Below, piece by piece: positions 1 to 14,289 of a DNA stretch of 64,000 nt. The DNA comes from Ophelia neglecta (lineage: Eukaryota). A program made the translations under genes and the position numbers. Every line of letters begins with the position of its first letter. The stretch's first letter is position 1. The DNA lies in NCBI GenBank assembly GCA_965285935.1, contig OZ260664.1, positions 4,650,001 through 4,714,000 on the forward strand, read 5' to 3'. The notes beneath the pieces are model-generated. The model did no database searches. It had not been told where the DNA came from and was given only the letters and a program-made list of their open reading frames with translations.

Positions 1-299
1 TAGTCGATTAAATCGATCCAAACACAGGTTGGCCACACTATAGTTCGTGCCATAGCAAGATCTTGTCGTCGTCAGCAGATATTTGGCAATTTTTTCACTA
101 AGCAATTCTAAACACATCGACTATAATTTATTATGATTGGCTGAAGGTTATATGCGTTAACACAATGACACATTTCTGTAGATGAATGGCTTATTTTGCC
201 CATAAACCTGTGCATTTTATCGGAATAAGCTGTGAATGGAAATGTTTTGTTTCATCCGAGGACAACATTTGCATCCCAGAGGTTAAGTAAGCAATTTCC

Positions 300-930
300 T
301 GAAACCTTTGTCGGCATGGTTCATGGTTCTTCAGCATCTCCAAATCGCAGCTGTTGGTGTGATGGAAGTTCATTTCTATGTGCTGAACATGCTTGGAATT
401 ACGTATAACGTATCAGGCACGGTTTGCATAATCCTACAGTTCACAGTACTAACATGTAAGAAGCCTTAGCGGAAATTATAGATTTTCGATAAATCTGCGG
501 CATTGTTGATATTCTTAACGCTTTGGCTTACTGTTGTCCATGCACACTGAGAGCTTAATTTTGTTCTCTGTGTCTTACATGCCTCTCATGTTTTCATAGC
601 CTTAGTAGCAGCCCTTGCAAAGCATGCTGAAGTGACATGTGTCTAAGCCGTGGCCCAGCGACTCTCAAACACCTGGGGTATAATTATGATGAATGTCTTA
701 AATGGTGTAAGACAATGTATGACATATGGTGATCACGTTCTGCTTGTCACTAACACAGTCCTCTCCCAGAGCTGTATCAGATGTAGTACAATGAAGAGAC
801 AGAAAACAAGAAAAACAATCAGAGCAAAACATAACTTACACATGTCTTCTTCCCAAACATTAACAATACCCGACACGTTTACAAAACACCTCCAAGCTGT
901 GATATTTGTCCACACTGACACACTGATAGC
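300..930 (-). pseudogene. Class A GPCR relic (TM3-TM4, ECL3-TM7)
   Basis: MCKLCFALIVFLVFCLFIVLHLIQLWER (C3.25 to ER spacing about right), SPY..LTPFKTFIIII, then MQTVPDTLYVI...HTNSC. Multiple stops. Confidence 0.6.
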
Positions 931-2080
931 TGGGAGAAGAATATATTAGTTAATAAAAATTGAAAGAAAAAAAGGACGCAGTATAAGATACATTGTTTGT
1001 GGGGCGAATGGTAAGCAAAAGCTCAAAAAAGATTTGTTTTCGCATAGCAGACAAACATTGTTATTTTCGAAATTTCAAACAATTTTCCCACCCCTCCGTG
1101 TATCTAATGGTGCCTCGTTTATTATTGCAAGAATGCACTCACATTGCCGTCGTCCAAATAGTTTTTTGGACTTTTGTCCGATAAACATATTTCTTCAAAA
1201 AAGTCATAAATTTGTCCTGATTCAATGCAAAAAGTTAACAAATTGTCATGACTAATTGCAAATCATCAGTTTTGCATGTAGCTTAAATCAAATAGACTTT
1301 ATTAAGGTATTGCATCCATCATTTGAAGCATTAAGTGTTTCGCATTGTGTGCGTTTGCTCATGTTTTTTGCCATATCCAATACTATGCTATGAGTCTTAG
1401 TTTCCTCGCCTGCAAAACACTGATTTGATAAACTTTTCGTGTTCTACCCTCTCCTTTTATGCTGTTCTGTACGGCGCATATTTATTAAACTATCAGGCTG
1501 ATAAAGAGTCTATTTACCAACCAGGTAAATGGTAAACGGAATCAAGATGCATGTTTATGTTTGGATACTTCATGGTAGCACCTATACCAGTGCCCAAACC
1601 ATCTCATTCATCAAAAACAGAAGCAGTGAATTCTGGGACGTTTGTCCTTCGCTGCCTGTCATTAATGTTGTCTTACTTTTATTAAGGTTCCAATAAGAAG
1701 AAATCACAGCAAAGAGGTGTCAATTGTTATTACATTACATGCAAAAGGTACATTAAAGGAGAAGAGAAAGAAGGAAACAAGTCCGACATGTAACCTTTTA
1801 GCTGATTGTATTCTGCAATTCATCAAACAAATGTAAATGTCTTTATAGCAGCACTCCTCTGTCTTATAGAAGGCATCGTTGAAAGCCTGTCAATACTCAA
1901 CAGATTGCCAGGATTTGTAAGGCTTCTATGTCTGGTTTTACCCCATAAACCATGGTAAGTGATGGCACGCCTCTGACATGATATCCAAGTGCTGTATATT
2001 TCATGCTCTGTTGACATGCCCATGTCAAATCTGAGGCAGTATATTTGACTAAAAGCCCCGAAGGAGAACATTAATGTAGG

Positions 2081-2477
2081 ATGTACAAGTCATGGGTGTT
2101 ATCAATATTTGTCCTATGGCACGTAGCCATTTACTACTACGTCTTCTCCCACTTTAGATGTCTTTTAAATGCATGGACTGTGCAAGATATGGTGATGGAT
2201 TCACTGCAGTATGCCTGCAAACAAGTTACTTTCTCTCTTGTCTATACTCTTTTACTAACTATTGGCATTGAAACTTGGTTTCGAACGTCAATTTTACACA
2301 ATCGATATTTCGAGGAATTCCAAATTCAATGTAGGAGGCAAAATTTACCACATCAAAGCAGAGCTTAAATACATTCCGCTCTCAGTCCTTCTTTATATTG
2401 CTGGCATGAATTTGCTACGTTTTGCTACATTTGTGTGTTTTGTTTTATGCTTGGATCCTTTTTCTCATTCCCAATAG
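2081..2477 (+). pseudogene. Class A GPCR relic (TM3, TM5, TM6)
   Basis: YACKQVTFSLVYTLLLTIGIETWF (TM3/ERY), YIPLSVLLYI (TM5), FVCFVLCLDPF (TM6 CWxP-like) in successive frames. Confidence 0.6.
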
Positions 2478-4450
2478 GTTTACTCAAGGACATGAAGTAA
2501 GATAAATGACTTTAGATTCACCATTACGGAAAAGTTTGGTCATCAAGTATCGCTTTAATGCTGGAAGGCACTCTGGACGATGAGATGCTGCAGATAAAAC
2601 ATACAGTCATTTCATTCTTTGCGTGTCTTAGACTTGTAGTTTACGACCGATAAAATCATGTCTTTTTTTATTTGGGCAAGCTAAGAGAATATTAAACTAG
2701 TCGTGAAATGGTTCCTTTGTACGATGGTTCATGTATGATATGGTGGTAATCATAATCCGGGCTTTCTTCAGCATGTGTATTCTATCTGCTTCCCCCATCG
2801 CATGTATACATATGCTATGATTAACAACATTTTGTTTGCAACGAGAGATGTGCTATTTTACTGCATCACGATCTAGTTAGAATTCTAACTGCCCTCTACT
2901 CATAGCTCAAATTTGCTGGGGGCTTAATAATGGACTGCAAAAATGAGTTGTTCAAAGTCTGAATAATTGCGTTTTCCACATTGGGCACACTACAAGCGAA
3001 ACTTCCATAACATACTGGATGGACACGCGCCAAACAATGCAACAGCATTGACCAGGAATAGTCCATTGAATCGGTCAGAAATCACCAGGACCCACCGGAT
3101 GCATGCCTACAATAACAAATCTCAAGCACCCAAACAATATATATGCTTTTAATTAAATATTTAAGTATGTAAATACATTGGACAATTTACAGCAATGCTA
3201 CATTGTACTCGACCAATTTGTAAAATGGTTAATTAGTGTAACATGTGCTCATAATAATCAACCACGATAATGACTTTGATCATTTTGATGGTACTCTAAC
3301 AGTAATTAGACCACTGTGGTCTTATGCGTGGTTTTTATGGGTCATAGAATGGTACCTAAGCGGCCGTTGACAATTCTTTGAACGCTTTTGTCATTCATTA
3401 CGCAATTATTTAATAGACAAAGACGTTGACGCAAACAACATAAGACATTTCGCTTACACAACAACTAAACCAATGCGCAATACTTTCACGTTTCACGACA
3501 ACTAATATACGTGGCATAATGACATTTGTAGGCGTTTGGCTGTGGAATTTAAATGACATTTTTTTTAATAACACAGAGATGACACAATGCGGTCAGTCAG
3601 AGGTGACACCACTAATCTTAGTTCAGTTTACACACTCTTTTTCTAATCTGGGGGTTAGCGGCACATATGACTAGATCACAACATAAGTAGGATTATACTA
3701 GTGACCAGTGCTGCCACACGCATTGTAAATCATTTTCGAGCAAAATGAAAATAACATATGTGGAAAGCCTTTTTACAGAAGAGTCACCTGATTTATTTGT
3801 TCAAGTCACAATACGGGTAGGAGGAAAATATCACTTAAATAAATGTAACATAAGTAGGCACAGCTTTAGACTGGTTCTAAAAACTTCATGTTCACCACTG
3901 TTTCTATAATAGCAATCAGGCTTAAAAGGGTTCAATGTGCAGTTGAAATGCTATTGTTAAGCAGTATGCAAAATCTCTGACTGGCCCCCTAAATAACTAA
4001 CCACTTATTCCACTCTTTATCAGTTAGCATAATATTACATTACACACACATTACAGATAAGCCTATCCTTTGCCATTCCCATTGCATGTGTGAGGGTTTT
4101 GTGGCTATAAACGGATCATTGGTATCGACTGCCTAGTCTCGCTCGACGTCAATTTGCCTGCAATGTATGCCGGGCCCACGCCCAAGTTCAGGACTTGGGC
4201 TATTCATGATAACAAACAATGTATTTGTCGGTAAGATTTGCCCAGCAAGCTCACAGCGCAGCCATGAATATAAATGCATAAACATATAAATAGTCTTATA
4301 TCAAACACTGTCACAACACATAAAGATACCATCGCATAAACAGCCGTGGTACTGTACACGACAAAATGGTATCATTTATCACTCCCGGGAAACACTGGTT
4401 ATTTAAATAGGTCGGAGAAGTGAAGTCCGCATAATAAAAATCAAGAATAC

Positions 4451-5050
4451 TCAATCAAATCGACCCGAACGCACCAATTTCGTGCTAAGAATAGCCATAT
4501 AAATTCTTAAATTCGAAAAAACAGGCAGACAAAGCCAAATCATTAGTCGAAAATATTCCATGAAATCATCATGAACCAGCAGCCAAAGACCCACACACAA
4601 CAATAAATCAATCTTTTGTTCCAAACAGTAAATAAACTTGCAATGCAAATGATAATTAATCAAAACTTAAACTTGCATTGAGAAGTTTTACATGATGTGT
4701 GTCAGTACACAAACCGAACGAGACAGCAGTCTGCGCAAAACAGAGAGGAAATATGCCCCCCCCCCCCGACCCACACCATGAGAGTCTATGATTATGTAAG
4801 CTCTCCCAAAGTATAGAGACAAATGAAGAAATCTCAAAATACGGGTATCTGCAACCGGCGCTACTCAGGCCCTGTCTGGCCCTGGCCTGCGACCGGGGAC
4901 AGTGTAGAGTCTATGAGTTTTTTCTCCCATAGCGGCGACAGCGCAGAGACGGATACTGGCACTACGATAAACACAAGACAAGAGAAGAATGTAGCAGGTC
5001 CCTGCACATTAAACAGAAAACGGGTATTAAATCTCCTCGATAGCTTAGGA
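4451..5050 (-). pseudogene. GPCR relic, GYP subfamily
   Basis: LLLCVGLWLLVHDDF followed by NDLALSA (shifted frame) matches the subfamily signature; hydrophobic TM1-like stretch upstream. Confidence 0.65.
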
Positions 5051-6379
5051 AAATGTTAACTATTTCAAGTGAGCCAGCCAAACTTAATTGTGATTGAACA
5101 TCGTATGTCTGCCACATACGATGTGACACCCGTATGCAGCACATCCACATGGCCCCTAGCCGAAAGTGTCGCCTAATCAAAACATACTATCTATAATTAT
5201 TGTGGTTATTAACTATATTAACTTTTGACCGCCTTTGATGCCATAGTTTATTATTACTATATTTTATATACGCCTGTATATGAGCTTATTAATTGTTATT
5301 GAAATAACAACTCATGTTTCATCTAACACGCATTGACAGGTAAATACGTGTCTCTATATCTGATGCACCGTAGGTCATATCTGTTATAGCAGTATAAATA
5401 GTTTGTGTGTTTAAAGAGTCTCTTTCCCTCAGCGGTTGATATTTGGTGGAATACAGCTGACAGCTGCTGGTTATTTCGACTCGACTTTTCTCGCTTAACC
5501 AAATGTGACAGTTTTATTTAGTGATATCACTCAGGATATAGTAGCGGCAAATTAACATGAAAGAATCTGCGAAATGTGGAATTTTCATACTACTTTACAT
5601 GACACAAATATTCAACAATATTAGGTTATTCTTATGGCTTAAATGAGCAATGTATGCTATTGAAAATTCAAAATGTCGCATAAAAAATCATTTTAATTGT
5701 TCAAATTGTATCCATTTGGCAAGAAGATGGTAAAAACCTACAAAAGTTGCATAAGTCTCATCAACTTTCTCGTTAGGTTGCAAGCCTCTAGCAGATAAAT
5801 GTTAAATTCAGTGTGTTCTGAACAAGCCCCATTCCCTATTATGAACTATCATGGATGACCAGGATTCGTTGTATTGGTTCATGCTTCGCTACATACACAA
5901 TGCCTGCCAGTCAAGGCGGTAATTGTCAGTGTCAGGTCTGAAACAGGTCGAGCCAAACTACAACTTAAGCTTTGATACATTTCTCTATTAGCAGAGGTTA
6001 TGTGACAAAGTACCCTCCCGGAGTGGTTATAACAAATTCTTAAAGAAGGTTCAGCGCATTAAATAGATTGATATAAGTGTATACTTTGAACTGCAGCTAC
6101 TAGAATTAGCACCAAAACAGACGTTTTACTGGTTACTGCTTCCCACTCAGGTTATGTTCTACCTTAGGGTCAAATTTTTCATCAACACGATTTGTCCTTT
6201 TCCGTGTTTATGTGCCAATGAACTCATTCATGTGTGCCTTAATGACACCCTCCGCTGTTGGAGGTAATACACCTGTCGGGGAGACAATAAAACCAGTTAA
6301 AGCTCCCCGGTACATCACACTCCAGATAATGAAAATAATCTAGGGACCCCCTACATCACGGAGGTCTCCATACGCTTCA

Positions 6380-6558
6380 TTTAACTGTTCTTCCTGGCAG
6401 TAAAGTGTTTTGAATAAGCAAAACAAGGCTTTCCTATATGGTCGCAGGCAATAAACACTATTTAACAACATCAGGTATGCCGCATCAAGTCCCATAATAG
6501 GTTTATAAATTATCTGCATTTGTTCATGTTTCACACAGTTTAGTAAACTGACGTTCAC
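6380..6558 (-). pseudogene. GPCR relic (TM7-helix 8)
   Basis: AYLMLLNSVYCLRPYRKALFCLFK resembles NS..(NP..)YxLR...YRKAxxxLF. Confidence 0.5.
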
Positions 6559-6989
6559 AGTTCAACAGTCCATTCCATAAGTGCCGCCACCTTCCATGGT
6601 GTATATCAAGTGGTTTTCTCTGCATTTCCAGCTTATTGTTAATTTTGCCAAGCTATAAATCATCTCTACTGTCTGGCAGTCCTCAGGTAACTGATATGTA
6701 TTCGGGCTATCCTTTGCAGACATCTCTGTGTTATGCAGTCTGACATGTCAGTGTGTCAGTAAATCGGACAGTTTGCAGTCACGTGGTTTGAGCCACAGTG
6801 GGTTTTACTTTATATTTTTTTTCTATGGGCCGGGGGGGGGGGGGGGCTGATCGAATTCCAGTCCATTGATCAATCTCGTGATTGATGTTATGAGTACCCG
6901 CGACTGATGGTTTCTGAAGAAATTAAGACACATTTAATGGACTTTTTACACATCAAACAAGCTAAAAGTTTGATCGCCTTTCGGTAACT

Positions 6990-7500
6990 AATATCAGTAA
7001 CACCATACACAATGGTTTCTAACTCGTCGTTGCAACTCTTTGTAGTTATAGTATTGAACAATGACCCCCTTTATTTATATCACCGTGAAGATCATTCATA
7101 CTAAAAAACTTAAAATACATTACGTTAAAAGCGAAAGACATGGTTATTATATTGCATTGAATATAAGCCTATCTAATTTCAGCATTTCTTAGCTATCTTG
7201 TTTTTGCTATAAGGCGGCTTCAAGCGCAGTAATCACGGGACAATTTTTTTTTCGTTTTCATTTATTACGCACCCGCTTTCTTCCTAGCCGTCAGTGCCAA
7301 CATTCTTGGGTCCGTGGATGCGCAGTAATCTTGGTTTCATTCAAAATCTGCACACGGCGCAATCAGCACATTTTTTGTCTTTACAACCAAATGGATATCA
7401 TAACATCCTCTGGTATACATTGCCCTCTTTCATTCTGCGGAAAAAGATGTTATCGGACTTCGAATTATCTTCCTTCACAACAAAGACTATATAACAATAA
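6990..7500 (+). pseudogene. GPCR relic (TM2-TM5)
   Basis: TPYTMVSN(L)VVA, IIALN(RY), YAPAF (TM4 Pro), SSG(Y).L (TM5), in the expected order and spacing. Confidence 0.45.
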
Positions 7501-8887
7501 CATGATTAATGAGGGCGTTGTGCTTTATGAGCGGCCCGTCCTAAACGTTTAGAAGTCCAATATAGTTATTAACGGCCGAGGCGTAACTAGTTACTGGGAT
7601 AAAGGAAGGTTTTCGCGTCTACTCAGGAGGATAAATAACGAACCGAAGGCGAGTTTTTTAATTCCCGCTAGGTAGCAAATAAAAGGCTTTTTTTTTAAAT
7701 TCGTCACCTTGACAATTGCTATTGTTATATCCCGTTTCAAGGGCAATGTTTCAAGATTCGGCTAAAGATATCCATTAGCATTTATTTGGCTGAACGAAAG
7801 AAAAGATATCTTGCGATATCGGCGTCAATCTTTTGACCAGTATTACCTAACGTGATCCGAACTGGCAGTAGAGTGTTTCTCTACAACAAAACATTTGCTT
7901 AGGGCGCAATGAAGGTAAAACATGACAAAGGGACTTTCAATTAAGGTTTATCTGAGGGAATGATCAATTGTTTGTTTACTGGTTTAGAAGGTTGTCTCTG
8001 AGACGTTCTGTAATAAAAGTGTACTTCCACGTATTGAGAATACACGTGATTGTGCACTTTATGCACTTTGTGCACCTTAAAGGGATAAATGCTTTTATTT
8101 GGATACACGTGATAGTACTCTTACTGGGATATATGTGACAGCTTATGGAAGGGACAGAAAATAATGTACTCCACTACAGTTCTATTGTATATTCCATGCA
8201 TTTCTTCATTAGGATTCGCTGTCGCAATTACTCACCATAACAGTCAATTTAATTACAGTTTGCGCATCCCAGTTGTTTAGATTTAGTTAATTTCATTTTT
8301 TAGAGCTTTTCTAAGAGTTATTATACCTTTCTGACTAGGAATAGTGGTGCACATTGCGTGACTGGAAAACCAAGAGCTGTATTTTTCATATTGAACTGAC
8401 AGGACCAAATTGTATCAGGGGCTATGTTTTGACAGAGTGCCTCGAGAGAGAACTGCATGGCAATGAAATAACATGACATTTTTCTAGAAGAGGTGACGAA
8501 AGCTAGCAACAGTGCTCCTGCAAAGGCAAAACTTACGTTCTGTAAGGCATGTTTTTAAAATGCGAAACGGCAATAACATTAGTGCCAAAGAGGTCCATTT
8601 TATTCCGGGAATTCAAAATACTTCAACAGCAACGGACACAATTTCAAATAGGCAAAGATTTGTGCGTCAGCACTCAGATTTAGAAAGCAATTTATTAACT
8701 CATGTGGCTAATAACAACACAACACTGGTAATTGGAGGATAATCACTCAACATTAGATATTGGAACAAAACATGCACTTTATATACAAAGATGACCAGAA
8801 ATGCTCAAAGTCGAACGCACTTTGTGATAATGAATATTCTTGGGTCAGTGAGCAACACTGTCTGTGTATGCATGTCAAGGCCCTAAT

Positions 8888-9253
8888 TGTCATGGTCCGT
8901 ATGAGCCTGTCGTGGCCTTGTGTATGCCTGTCGTGGCCTTGTGTATGCCTGTCGTGGCCTTGTGAATGCCTCTCGTGGCCCTTGTGTATGCCTCTCGTGG
9001 CCTTGTATATGCCTGTCATGGCCCTTGTATATGCATGTCGTGGCCTTGTGTATGCCTCTTGTGGCCCTTGTGTATGCCTCTCGTGGCCTTGTATATGCCT
9101 GTCATGGCCCTTGTATATGCCTGTCGTGGCCTTGTGTATGCCTCTCGTGGCCCTTGTGTATGCCTCTCTTGGCCCTTGTGTATGCCTCTCGTGGCCCGTG
9201 TGTCTGCGTCTCGTGACCTTGTATATGCCTCTCGTGTCCCTTGTGTATGCCTC
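8888..9253. repeat. 21-22 bp minisatellite (TGTATGCCTCTCGTGGCC[C]TTG)n, ~16 units
   Basis: Directly visible; it generates the overlapping repetitive ORFs at 8753-9496. Confidence 0.95.
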
Positions 9254-10599
9254 AGTATATCGTTTGTCTACAGGCACACACACCAAATCAAGTGGCTCAC
9301 TTGTGTGATGCATTTCTTTAGAATAAATTTGTATTATGCTCCTGGTGCTTAATAATTGTGTTATTAACCGTCTCCGTTTATTTATTTCATTTATTAGTCG
9401 GAAATGGTTTAAAAAGCTATGTATGAGTGTGGGATTTAAGAAGATAGAATGAGAGAATCCCTGATTTTGATGCCGATTAAGGAGCTTTGAATCCATTGAC
9501 TTTTCATATCTGTCATACTAATACTCTGAGGCCCATCTTTCTCCTTTACTGTGTAAATCGCTTTTTGCTATTGATTTGAATCTTTCAATGTGTATTCCTT
9601 TGGGATGTATGCCTAACATTTCTTATTTTCCTGGAGGGATTCACTGAGGCACTAACAAAGATAAATGATGCCTCATTTGCCATTTCGTGGACTGTCCCTC
9701 TACAGATACCACTTTAACTCCAAAAGGCACTTATGTGGATTGGGAGCTATATATACATACGTTAACCACATGGTGATATAGTCCCAGTCTGGACTTGCTG
9801 GCGGTTTCCAGAACAAATCCAGCTCATAGTTAAACTACGTTTCACATTCTTGTCTTGCCGTAGTTAAATGTTCCCCGGCATATTCTATAAAAATAGAATA
9901 TCTTACAGTGCTGTGGCGGTTTTTACATAAGACATCATGATTGATCCCTCCGTCTTTTGTTGAATTAAGGCTGTTCAACTAACCCTTTTTCATTGTTGTA
10001 GGTCAGAGACAAGATCAAGGTTTTTTAAACATGTGTTCATGAATCAATCAATCATATAAATACAGCTTTCTGTTGACCATTACTTCCATGAAGATCAATT
10101 CCGTCCTTTGTGCACGCAGTTACACAACTCGCATGTCGAAACTGACTGACAAATGCCAATCATAATTTGTAGGGCAGTTTGTCATTATAATGGTAGCTTA
10201 GTAACCAGATACACTGGGTGTTCTCTGATCTTGTCAGTCAAATGAACTGATTAGCAATGTGCTAATCCATCTTTGGAATCGCACAGAGTAACTTATAAAC
10301 AACAGCCGGCCACTCAAAGTCACAGAATGATCAATACTAGAAGGGCATGGCGCATTATGTAATATATGTGTCTACTCCTGTTTTAAGTACAACCTTCATA
10401 GTGCTTGCTCAAATATATGCCCATATTCCTTTCAAGGAAATGACTGTATTTGTTGCGAACTGATCAAAAAGAGAACATTGATTCATCAAGTCTCAATTGT
10501 GGCTGGTCAAATGTCAGGCTTTTTCTGTGAGAAGTAATGAATGGGTTTGAGGCAAATGCGATTCAATCTAAGACAGAGGAAATTGCGTTTGGTGCCTCT

Positions 10600-11180
10600 G
10601 TGGAAGGTGCCGGTGTGAGACAGTGCGGTATTTCGAATTGGAAGAACGCAGCCTGTGCTCATTGGAAAAGAGACCTTCCATTCTCTTCTAGAGATCTATC
10701 AAATGGTGTTTATGTTTCATTAAATCTCAGACAACCAACCAAAAATCCTAGAAACATATAACAATTTCTGATTAATGAACTATTTTTTGAGTTTGTCTGC
10801 CGAGTATCCACTTCCTTCACTGAAGCCAGATTTCAGAAGCAATGAACTTGAATATGTCATTTCTTTAAAAGTCTGTTTTATTCGGTATTTAGTTTATATT
10901 AAATTAGATGGGTAGGAATTAAAAAGTGTAGCATTAAGTGCGAGTCCAACTTCAATATCCTATTCAGCAGCCAAGGATTAAGCAAGGGGCACATGATTGA
11001 AGTGATATAAATTTTGAGTTTGATATTTTTCAGTTTCGCTATTCCGTTATTACAGCTAGGTGCTGATGTTGATGGGCCTGCAGATGACTGTCCTTAATGA
11101 TTTCTATATGTTTTTGATTACCGATCTTGCTTTGTCTGCAAGGAATCCGCTCCCATTTTATGTCATCTTTAAAGACGACA
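10600..11180 (+). pseudogene. Two adjacent GPCR relic fragments, GYP subfamily
   Basis: QCGISNWKNAACAHW...LE(I)YQMV (TM3); FLINEL..LSAEYPLP (~10770-10815); then LMLMGLQMTVLNDFYMFLITDLALSARNPLPFY (11060-11160). Confidence 0.7.
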
Positions 11181-12016
11181 GTGATGCCTCATTTTACATT
11201 TCCCCTTTTAATTCTTCCAGGAATAAGTACCGATTTTTTACTAAATTATTTAAATTTGAAGGGTCTCAATATTATTTGTGTTTTGTAAACAGATATTTAT
11301 TAACATATTCTCATAGTATATATTTATTAAAATATTGGTATACCTTTTGATATCTAGCATAAATCTTATGATTTTTACACACTAAATATACAGAGTCAAG
11401 CGAGCAATCAATCAGTGAATGCCAGATCCAGCCGTATTAAATCCATCCATTACACTGTGACCCGTGTCAATTGCCAACCCACATTTATGGCAGATCAATT
11501 GACACAGTTTCCTATTTCACAATCCCCGGGAGGCGTCAACCGTTTAGACTTCCCTTGGACCTGATGTGTCGGCAAATATCTCCTTGAAAACAATTGTCAT
11601 TAAATACCATGTAGTACTGGTAGTTCTATTGACGTGACGGTGCGTGCTATGACATGTTTAAATGTCAATCTGTGGGCTGACAGCGGAGATTGCCGAGAAG
11701 GGCCAAAAACATCTCGGCACGATATGAGCACGTGTACGATGACCTCGACACATATACAGACCAGCCGACCAATCAAGGCGCATCTTTACAAATCAGCGCA
11801 ATAAATGTAGATTGCACATGGTAGTCATATTTTGCGGGCTCTGTGGGTTTTTTTTTTATTAATTCATAGTGACATATTCTCACAATGACAGACTTGTTTC
11901 TCAAGGTGAGTTTTAAAATTAAATCGTTGGAATATAAAGTGTTCCAGGCATCAAATCTAATTTATTCAATACATGAACACTAGCTATTCCATGAGGGGTC
12001 TTTTTGACGGATTTGT

Positions 12017-12125
12017 ATGCTCTGCATAGTCGCCATCCATCTTTTCTTTTCTTCTTTTGTTCAGCACAAAGTGGTGACCATAAATGTGGGGGCAGCGATC
12101 GAGCCATTGACTTCCTGTAGGAAGT
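12017..12125 (+). pseudogene. GPCR relic (TM3-ICL2)
   Basis: LCIVAIHLFFSSFVQHKVVTINVGAAIEPL resembles C...S..HLV.I.V(ERY)AI..PL. Confidence 0.4.
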
Positions 12126-12799
12126 CAGCGTTGACTTCCCGTGGGAAGTCAGTGTCAGTTAAAAGACTAAGCTCAGTCTGCAGAACAATGGGACGACTTC
12201 CACGTAAATCTGCTGCAATTTCCTCTCCTAAAGTAAGACGTTAGTTGTTAAGAATGCCAATGTTGGTATCCGACAAAGCCAGACGCCCACTGGTAAAAGG
12301 CGGGGAAAACCTGATTCTCTGACGGAAACAGTTTTGCATACAATTGCCAAGGTAGACAAATTTTCATTGGCAGCAAACAGAGAATATTTGCAGTCAGTTT
12401 ACTTTGCTATAAACTTGACTTAACCAGTATGAGTTATTAATAATATGCCGGAAAACAGAAGATTTTGGGCACAATGTATATTTTGGCAAAAAATTAAACA
12501 TATTTGTCAAATTTAATTGAAACCAATATTTATTACATAACAGTGTATATTATTTTTAATTAAAGAATTTATATCCGCGATGGAAATAATAATATAACCA
12601 CTAATACAGTTTCGTCATTCGATGTCTGCTTCTTCGTACTGTGAGGCAATGCTTTCTGTCTTCTAATCTGGTTCAGTTAAAAAATATATCGTTTGAATAC
12701 TGGCACATTCCTAGATGTTAAATAGACTGCCGAGCGGCAGTTAATGAGTAACAGGCTTAAAAGAGGATTCGTCCTGTGTGAAACCTATGACCCAAGCAC

Positions 12800-13150
12800 A
12801 ACTCTAGATACAGACTAGGGTGCTCTCTCTTCTCAAGCGCCGATTACTCTGGACACAAGATAGTTTAGTATCTTCTCAGGAGTTTATGACTCTGAAAACA
12901 GGCTTGTTTGATCTCTTCTCAGGAATCGATGAGGGTTGGCACAGGCTAGTGTGGTTTCTCTTCTCATGAGTCGACGACTCGAAACACGGGCTAGTTTTGT
13001 CTCTTTGCAGGCGACGTGACTCTGGACATAGGTTAGTTCGGTACCTTCTCAGGTGTCGATGACTCTGGATACAGGTTAGTTTGGCCTCTTCTCAGGAGTC
13101 TATTAACCTGGACAAAGGGCCAATGTGGTCTCTCTTCTTAGGAGTCGATG
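12800..13150. repeat. Degenerate ~43-45 bp tandem repeat, ~8 units (CTCTTCTCAGGAGTCGATGACTCTGGACACAGGCTAGTTTGGT)
   Basis: Recurrent tcttctcagg...gactctgg...aggctag blocks. Confidence 0.85.
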
Positions 13151-13439
13151 CAGTACCGCATATTTTTTATTCCACATCTTTGTAGCAGAGAGATGACTCT
13201 ATATCAGGCTCCACGGTCTTTTCAATCACTCCTGGTAGCCGGGGATTATTTAACTCCCATGACTGGATAGCATGTGGCTAGTTCTTTAATTTCCTGACAT
13301 CTACTCCTTGAGTTAAAGTGCCTTTCCTGTTCAGTTATCAATAATATTTTGACTAGGGCCAAAAAAATCAACAACCCAAATTAAAAGTCCAAAAGCGTCA
13401 TTCTCATTATCTGCATGGCCTTAATACCAAGTCGTCAAG

Positions 13440-13900
13440 GTTATTAACTGAAGAAGTAAAAAAGGGGATTGGATAGCCGTCTAGCAAAGCTAAACCATAA
13501 GCCAGGAACAGTACATTGAATCGGTCCGACAGCATAAGTATCAGGCGTCCTAGGCACACATCATCTTTCCCCAGCCCAGGAACCAACCGCCTCAGGCCCA
13601 CTTTCATCAATCCTTAGTTCCAAACCGTACATAAATTGTAATGCAAGTAAACTATATTAAAACAATCTTACACTTTGTGATGAAGATGATTTTTAATTTA
13701 AACAACCCTTAAATATTGACTGGAAATTAAATCATTGCGATACACTCTTTGTAAATCTAAAATTCAGAATTCGGGAATGTAGAATGATGGGATGGAAATA
13801 TGAAAGATTGTAGTCTATTGACCTTATCGAACCTCTTCGAAACGCTCAAAAGTATATAGCACTTTTTCAGTTAATGGTAATGATTTCTTGTGAATTGCCT
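13440..13900 (-). pseudogene. GPCR relic, GYP subfamily
   Basis: YTFERFEEV (ERF), then MMKVGLRRLVP...LAYGLALLDGYPIPFF. Confidence 0.7.
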
Positions 13901-14289
13901 TTCTACCTATCCATGTAACATCTCGTATGCACACACAGTTCACTTTCTTTATAGCAGTCAACTTGAGTGATGTAATTGTGAGTGCTGAAGAATATTCCTG
14001 GGCGCCATACACTCAACCAATTGAAAGATCAGGTCACGAGGCTGTTCATTCATCTCCAGAAATTATTTTAATTTCTGACTGTTATTATCGATATCACTTT
14101 TAATATCTTAAGCAGTGCTCTGATTTAGTATCTACTTCATTAGTGTTAAACTGATCTACAATGCAAAATTACGTTTTTTCCTGATGCATTTCTATCAGTC
14201 CAATATAGCTCAATAAATATGAATTGAACATCAATAGGGATTGCCACCATTAGATAGCTAGAATTACAATTGAATGTTTAATGGTTGTC

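Noticed and set aside
60-373. OTU/vertnin-like domain (LIPIKCTG)
   Set aside because: The GDGNC catalytic motif is absent; the region follows a GPCR TM7 relic.
8888-13150. CRISPR-like arrays at 8888-9253 and 12800-13150
   Set aside because: Contiguous degenerate units without unique spacers, eukaryotic context, no cas genes.
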